Positions 61,640-64,000 of a stretch of DNA of 64,000 nt are shown one piece after another. Source of the stretch: Ostreococcus lucimarinus. Lineage: Eukaryota. The DNA is taken from NCBI GenBank assembly GCA_000092065.1, contig CP000585.1. One strand, written 5' to 3'. A program made the position numbers and the translations under genes. The notes beneath the pieces are model-generated. The model ran no database searches and had not been told where the DNA came from. It saw only the letters and a list, made by a program, of their open reading frames with translations. Position 1 is the first letter of the stretch, and each line of letters starts with the position of its first letter.

Positions 61640-63988
61640 TCAGAGCTCGGACTTTTTGCTCTTCTTCTTCTTTCTTCTGCGTTTTTTCGCCTTCTTGGCA
61701 GCCTCTTCTTTGAGCTTCGCCTCCTCCGCTAAGATGGCGTCGAGGCGCGCCTGCGTCTCGAGTTCCTCCTGCGCTCTCTGGGCGAGGTCCTCACGTGACA
61801 GCGCGGCCTCGCCTTCGACTTCCTCGCTCATAATATCGCTCAAATCGAATTCTTCCTCGACGATTTCTTCCTCGACGATTTCCTCCACCGTCTCTCCACC
61901 TTCGACCAGCTTCGGCATCTCTTGAAACCTCCACGTCTTCACCTTGCCGCCGAGAATGTCTGTACAAAAGTCTCGAACTGCAATCTCGTCGAAAGCGCCC
62001 TTGTGCGTGGCGTAACGCGACGTGCGCATCGCCAGTACAGTCACAGTGGGATAATCCACTGGATTGTTCACGTCGAAGACGCTCGAGAATGTGCGCTGCT
62101 TGGTCGGATCGACGATGGCGAAATGATACGGCTTGCCGTACAGCGCCTTGGCGACGGCGTGGATAATCTTCTTGTGCTCCGCGTTGTCGTCTTTGATGAA
62201 CGCCACGACGCACAAACCACCTTTTGCCGCGCATTGTTCGTCGAGCGCCGCCGATGTATCCACGGTCATCGGCATCGAGACCAGTGCGTCCTTGTCGACG
62301 CCGATGACGTGGTCTCGAATCTGCTGCAACCACGAGTTGACGATGGGCGTCATCAACTGTTCGACGGGGTACTTTTGAACCGACATGCGCATGCCACCCT
62401 CTTCGTCGGAGTTTTTATCGGCTTCGCGATATACCACGACGAGCGCGGGTCGAGTCTTGATCTGGAACTGCTCCGTCAACGCCTCGCTGGTGTCCGACGT
62501 AACGCCGTAGATGAAATCTTTCTGCACCGCAGACATCAGGTGAAGCACCTTTCGAGACGTCTCATCGCTCTCATCGGCGAACAGCAATACTTTGGGCGCC
62601 ATGGACGCGACGCCAAACAACGCGCTGTCGATGTTCTTAGCCGTGACAGGAATGGTGGTGTCGACGACGTTGTCGAGAAAGAATCGCCCGACGGCGTCGG
62701 GAGCAAAGCCTTCAATAGTCGCGACCGATGGCTTGAAAACGATCGGATCGCGATCGTCGTCTTCGTCATCGGTCGATGGGAACATGACCAATTCCGCACA
62801 CTTATCTTTGGACTTGAACAATCCGAATTTCGTCACCAAAGCCCGTGCGGCTTCGTCGTCGTCTCGCGCGATGACTTCTCGGAAATCAAAGACGCCTTCG
62901 TACTCGTGGAAACTTTTGGGTAAGGCGTCGACGAGTTCGACGCACTCGTCGCTAGCCTTCGTGAACGCGACCACCTGAATACGCTTGTGATTCGACAGCA
63001 CGTCGGTTTCGAAATCTTTCGCGAGCGCAGGCTTGAAAAGAGACGTCGAAAAGTCTTGTTTTTGCCCATCCTTTTTCGGCGTCGCGTCGATGGTTTCCAT
63101 CTTCAACTCCACCTCCGGTCCGGCGTGCTCGGTCAAGAACTCCAAAACCACTTCGCGCTTCATCGACGCGCTCTCAAAGGGAATCGGCGTCGCAGAAACG
63201 TCGGTCGGGTACACGACGAGTCGCGCGTCCTCGGGAGCGCCGGGCAACTGCGGCGCGACGTCGCCCTCGTACACCGCCTCGATGAAGCGCACGCGACCCT
63301 CGAGAGCGTGAGAGATGGATTTCAACAACGCCGACGTCGACGGTTTGTTCGTCAATAAAACAGCGATCGGCAGCGTGACGTCGCCACCGAAAGCCGCGCG
63401 AATCGACGCCGCGCTCGCGAAGCGCTCGGCGTCCTCCGTCGCGCTCGCGCGATTCACCAAGTGCGTCGGCAAAGCGTTTTCCGCGAACGCCGCGAACGCC
63501 TTCGCCCGCACGTCCCCAACCTGACCGTCTTCTCGCGAAATCGGATAATTCACCGGCATTTTCGCCGACCGCCGCGCGTCGTACGGATTCAACGTCGCGA
63601 ACGTCGGGTACGCGCTCACCGCGGGAATCGTCGTCAACCGCGTCAGCCTCCCCAACCGCTCGAGATCGACCCCCTCCCTCGTCACGTCCAGGCTCCCGAA
63701 ATTCACCCTCAATTTCTCCCCCGCCCCCCTCGCCGCCTTCTCGAACTCGCGCGACACCTCCCCGCAGATCGCGCACTTCTCCGAGCTCCCCGTGAACGAC
63801 ACCACCCACGGCTCGCGCGAGCGCGTCGCCAGCGTCTCGAACGCGTCCACGTCCAGCGTCACCACCGCGCCCTCGCCGCGCGCGCCGCGCGCCCTCGCCA
63901 TCGCGAGCATCGTCACCACCGCCCCGAGCGCGCCTCGCGCGCCGCGCGCGCGTCCTCGCGTCGTTCGCTCGCGAGAACGCGCGAACAT
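61640..63988 (-). CDS. Large thioredoxin-like-fold protein (PDI-related?) with CxxC site, acidic region and Lys-rich C-terminus ending KSEL
   Basis: WVVSFTGSSEKCAICGEVSREFEKAA resembles a thioredoxin active-site region (W..F....C..C). Protein-like composition over 782 aa. The tail ...KKAKKRRRKKKKSKKSEL is a possible ER-retrieval variant. The ORF reaches within 12 bp of the window end. Confidence 0.5.
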   Translation of the reverse strand: MFARSRERTTRGRARGARGALGAVVTMLAMARARGARGEGAVVTLDVDAFETLATRSREPWVVSFTGSSEKCAICGEVSREFEKAARGAGEKLRVNFGSLDVTREGVDLERLGRLTRLTTIPAVSAYPTFATLNPYDARRSAKMPVNYPISREDGQVGDVRAKAFAAFAENALPTHLVNRASATEDAERFASAASIRAAFGGDVTLPIAVLLTNKPSTSALLKSISHALEGRVRFIEAVYEGDVAPQLPGAPEDARLVVYPTDVSATPIPFESASMKREVVLEFLTEHAGPEVELKMETIDATPKKDGQKQDFSTSLFKPALAKDFETDVLSNHKRIQVVAFTKASDECVELVDALPKSFHEYEGVFDFREVIARDDDEAARALVTKFGLFKSKDKCAELVMFPSTDDEDDDRDPIVFKPSVATIEGFAPDAVGRFFLDNVVDTTIPVTAKNIDSALFGVASMAPKVLLFADESDETSRKVLHLMSAVQKDFIYGVTSDTSEALTEQFQIKTRPALVVVYREADKNSDEEGGMRMSVQKYPVEQLMTPIVNSWLQQIRDHVIGVDKDALVSMPMTVDTSAALDEQCAAKGGLCVVAFIKDDNAEHKKIIHAVAKALYGKPYHFAIVDPTKQRTFSSVFDVNNPVDYPTVTVLAMRTSRYATHKGAFDEIAVRDFCTDILGGKVKTWRFQEMPKLVEGGETVEEIVEEEIVEEEFDLSDIMSEEVEGEAALSREDLAQRAQEELETQARLDAILAEEAKLKEEAAKKAKKRRRKKKKSKKSEL

Positions 63989-64000
63989 CTTTTTCCGAAT

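Noticed and set aside
1-64000. Prokaryotic operon or genomic-island interpretation, suggested by NusA-, Tex- and YeeE-like genes and the lack of introns in most genes
   Set aside because: The KDEL-tailed ER Hsp70, CSN5, BLOC1S1, CCDC6, EIPR1, syntaxin, SGF11, the plant TRAF-MATH protein, transit/signal peptides and bona fide GT..AG introns all sit on the same contiguous sequence. The bacterial-type genes are nuclear genes of a eukaryote.
1-64000. Mobile elements (transposase, integrase, reverse transcriptase) or rRNA/tRNA genes
   Set aside because: No ORF shows transposase/RT/integrase motifs, and no LTR- or TIR-like terminal repeats were seen. Intergenic spacers are 40-450 bp and contained no recognisable tRNA cloverleaf or rRNA segment. 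tRNA detection by eye is unreliable, so this is a weak negative.

Overview
This 64-kb window is very GC-rich overall (about 65-70%), with a few lower-GC genes (about 50-57%; see the composition finding), extremely gene-dense and intron-poor. I read it as nuclear DNA from a small photosynthetic eukaryote, most plausibly a green-lineage (prasinophyte/Mamiellophyceae-like) picoalga; the taxon is an inference from gene content, not a database result. Evidence for a eukaryote: an ER Hsp70 ending in KDEL, CSN5, BLOC1S1, CCDC6, EIPR1, syntaxin, a SAGA SGF11 zinc finger, and at least six short GT..AG spliceosomal introns that restore conserved protein sequence. Evidence for a phototroph and plant affinity: Ycf54, a ferredoxin-dependent bilin reductase, and a TRAF-like MATH protein whose sequence tracks the Arabidopsis family almost residue by residue. 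I call about 40 protein-coding genes (roughly one per 1.6 kb), often head-to-head with intergenic spacers of only 38-150 bp. No rRNA, tRNA, CRISPR or transposon could be supported. Many long ORFs on the opposite strand or in other frames are GC-driven artefacts. The provided ORF track translates GTG/TTG/CTG starts as M; I re-assigned starts to the first ATG where appropriate. The most striking objects are: (i) an 11.5-kb single-exon gene encoding a 3,836-aa secreted type-I membrane protein with three kringles, three TSP1 repeats, a LamG-like module, EF-hands and extensin-like Pro repeats; its three kringle units are near-identical at the DNA level and much more GC-rich than the rest of the gene; (ii) a single ORF fusing a THUMP/Rossmann guanine-N2-type tRNA methyltransferase to a TRM10 (m1G9) SPOUT methyltransferase; (iii) a NusA-like protein fused to a SAP domain, lying 3 kb from a Tex-like protein and a bilin reductase; (iv) a YeeE/YedE-type sulfur transporter; (v) a recurrent GTGCG[T/C] intron donor. 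All coordinates I derived by hand (starts, splice sites) may be off by 1-3 bp.
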